A DNA stretch of 64,000 bases, from the NCBI GenBank assembly GCA_028534125.1, contig CM052816.1, positions 80,788,001-80,852,000 on the forward strand, given 5' to 3'. Below, piece by piece: positions 61,020 to 64,000 of this stretch; position 1 is the stretch's first letter, and each line of letters begins with the position of its first letter. The notes beneath the pieces were generated by a model that was not told the origin of the DNA, made no database searches, and was given only the letters and a program-made list of their open reading frames with translations. Position numbers and translations under genes: made by a program. The DNA is from Lama glama (taxonomy: Eukaryota).

Positions 61020-64000
61020 GGGAATAAATCAGTTGCAAGGAAGGCATCAAAAGAAGCTGTCACATGAGAGAAGGGGAAAAAGGTAGACACAGAGCAAGAG
61101 GAATGGCGTGGTCCTGACTATGATGGCAATTTAAAAAACTGGGCCTAGAAAAAAGATAAGTTGTGATATAGCTGAGAGTGTAATTGACCAGTAGTAAGAA
61201 CTAACTAGAGACTGTCTAGTCAGAAAAAGAATAAAACCATGCAAAAAGGTAATTGGCTAGGGAGAAAACAAATGTGGGGTCCAATTTCTGCACCTAGAAT
61301 TCAGATGGAATTAATTTCAGGGAAGGAGATTATAAAGTCAATTGATGATGTTTTGATTCCTAGAGGGCACTGTAGGGTTATGTAGGAAATACCCTTTCTC
61401 ATATAGGGCTAGGAATTAATGCAAAGACATAGCTGCAGAGTGAGTGCAGAAAGATCCAAATTCAAAGAGGGCAGGACCCTTGAGCAGAGACTTGAAATAC
61501 TAAAAGGAGGGAACTATGTTGTCTTTGGTGGAGATGGAAGGAACAGTGAAAGATTAACACTCTGGTATGAGGTTAGGGCAAGGATGTTTTTATAGACTGG
61601 ACCAAGATTCTTGAATAATCATAACCCAAATGGCTGGTAAGAACAAGTTGTGACATAGACAAAGAGGAGACATCAGTAAAGAGATCATAGTCGTCCTAGG
61701 ATCTCTTACTTCTAAGCATAGTCTCATTATAGACAGGGGTAGCCTTTCATGTCATACCTTTGAAACTCTGTTACTTTTCAATATTCATCTTCTTTATTTT
61801 CTAATCAGGTTCCTAAAGAAGATAGTGGCAGAACAGAAGGGCAGCTGAAATACTGGAAATCTAGTACAAAGAGGAAGAAATGGTTAATTTGACGGATGAG
61901 GCAGACTTGATTTTGCTTAGTAGAGTACAGTGTACCTCAAACATTAAGCCAGTTCACACATAATCAGTGCTCTCCACAGTGAGTAATCTAGCATGGATAC
62001 TCTTCATTTGTTTAAAATGTGCATTATCATAATATTAATAATGTCCTATATTCATGATAAATTATGGTATGACACATATTATTGCTATCATATTCATGAT
62101 TAAAAACACTCTAATTAGAAGGCACACTGACAAGAGAATTTGAAACTGTATACATTTAAGACAATGAGAGCTATAAAGTTTAAATTTGTATTCTTATTCC
62201 TGCCTCTAAATGTGTCATATTTTGGGGGATAAATTCCACAAATCGTTTTTCAAGGCTTTATTTAGAAAAATAGTGAATCTCTGTGCTTCTGCTGGACCTG
62301 TAGAATCTCCATTGCCCTGTGACCTTGTTCTGAGCAAGTAAAACCTAGATAATTTAAGGTAGTCTGAGTAAATGGAGAAGACATGTGTACACATATCCTC
62401 TGTATGTGTGTTTCTTTTTATCATTGAATTCTGTTTTTCTCACTCCCCGTTCTCTCCCATTTCTCTATCTGTCTGTGTGATAAGAATCAGAGCCCATCTC
62501 AGTGATTGTGAAGTTGTAAGTCTTATCTCTGGAGCAGCCAGAGTAAATCAGAATTTAAACCCTACCAGCCAAAGGCTGACAAACAGTCTCAGAATGTAAT
62601 GTGTCTGCCAACGTCTGTTACTTGAAGATAGATGGATTTGGTTCTGATGTGATCATTTTCTTTTGGCAGTAGGGAGCTGTTATGAGACAGAGGGTGCTAG
62701 GAAACAAACAAGGTATTTCAAATAGAAATTCCAGAACTCCCATATCTAGAGTAATTATTTTAATTAAAAATTGAAACACTATAAAAATGGTACAATTGAA
62801 AATTTATGGAAGTTCTTAACTAAAACCTTTTAGCTATTCCCATTGAAAGAGGATTATTGAAAAACATACAAATAGATGATCACAAAGAAGGAAGCAGGCC
62901 AGATAAAACCAAGGTCAGAAGCAAAGTGAATTGGGTCTACCACCACTGCTCTGCTTGATGGCTTGCTCTGTTTTGCTGATCTTTGTCATGAAAAGTGGCA
63001 CATGCCAGACCTGGAGGGTTTTAGAAACAGGGGACTTGCTCAGGCTATGCTAGGTGAGGCAAGCGTTCCACTTCAATTCTTCTACATGTTTTTAATTTGG
63101 AACAGAAGAGCCTCAGCCATTTTTAGTTGAGCATGGATGAGGGTGAGGAGATGACATGCTTTCATGCTCAGGTCTGCCAGCTTTTGAGTCCAGCCATCAG
63201 CAAAAAAAGCTGGTCAATTCGTTCAGGACCAAACCAGGGTGTGTGTGTGTGTCTGTGGGCATGTATGTTTTGAAACTTAGAATGGAAAATTAGTGTTGCA
63301 GGATAATTTTTGGTTTTATAAAATTTTAGTATTTCCAAGACTATCTGTTTCTTTCTAAAGTGATGTCATTTATATAAACTACAACCAAAGGCTGATGATG
63401 GTACCTATATGAGGACTTTGAGGTCTGAATAGCTAGGCTTCTAAGAGGTATAATTAACTGTATTCAAGAATTTTTTTCACTCAATTTCTTTCCTATCAAA
63501 GTCTGAACTTTAGTTAAATACTGAAGCACAACTAAGTATATATCTAAAACTTGAGATTTATGAAATCTACCAAGGACTACCTGCTTGATTCTCTTCAGAA
63601 TATTAATACAGTCATTAGGAAACCTAAAATGTTTTTAAATTGACTTTGAAGTTCTTTGTAGAAAAATAAAAAGCTTGTGCAGAGGAATGGCAGGGTAGGT
63701 AGAATCAGAAGTAGGATATGGGGAGTAGACACTGATTATATAGAGGGATTAATAAAAAAGATTTGATTTTCTGAACTGTGGTGTTTGATCAGAGTACTAA
63801 GGAATGGCAAATGATAATATATTTCTGGATGACAAAGAAGAAATTTTTTTTAAACTGCTTGAATTAAGAAAAAAAGAATTTGCTAGTGTTTTAGAGGCTT
63901 TAAACAAATTCTTGAAAGGAAGACAGATATAAAAAGAAGACATCATAGGTGTAACACAGAAGAAGCTACAGTGGAAATGCTGCCCCACTATTCCATCACC

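Noticed and set aside
1..64000. tRNA/snRNA/rRNA genes, numts, non-retroviral endogenous viral elements, ERV internal genes, CpG-island promoter
   Set aside because: I looked by eye and recognised none; highly diverged copies could be missed without tRNAscan, Infernal and tBLASTn

Overview
AT-rich, CpG-depleted mammalian (eutherian) genomic DNA that looks intronic or intergenic. The youngest L1 3' UTR (22.3 kb) resembles camelid L1 as I recall it, so alpaca or camel is a tentative source. I see no supportable protein-coding gene, RNA gene, CpG island or prokaryote-type system. The listed ORFs are short chance frames, antisense L1 frames or artefacts of a 500-N gap (22494-22993). Much of the window is fossil transposable elements: L1 (MB/MC/ME-type plus one young copy), L2, MIR, CR1/L3, MaLR MLT1 and ERVL LTRs, one ERV1-like solo LTR, MER5/MER20 hAT elements and a mariner transposase remnant. 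Several are nested, with readable target-site duplications (TSDs). The most notable observations are: (1) tandem 11-bp hairpins in a non-repetitive, motif-dense block at 42.3 kb; (2) a TSD-bounded 2.7-kb L1 lacking ORF2; (3) a young L1 with a 5' inversion; (4) a mariner fossil; (5) a DR3 plus ARE/AP-1 cluster and an inverted ETS pair; (6) a tail-to-tail L2 hairpin; (7) several candidate small exons. Subfamily names come from remembered consensus sequences and need Dfam/RepeatMasker confirmation. Boundaries without TSDs are approximate. I did not find a convincing novel biological system.
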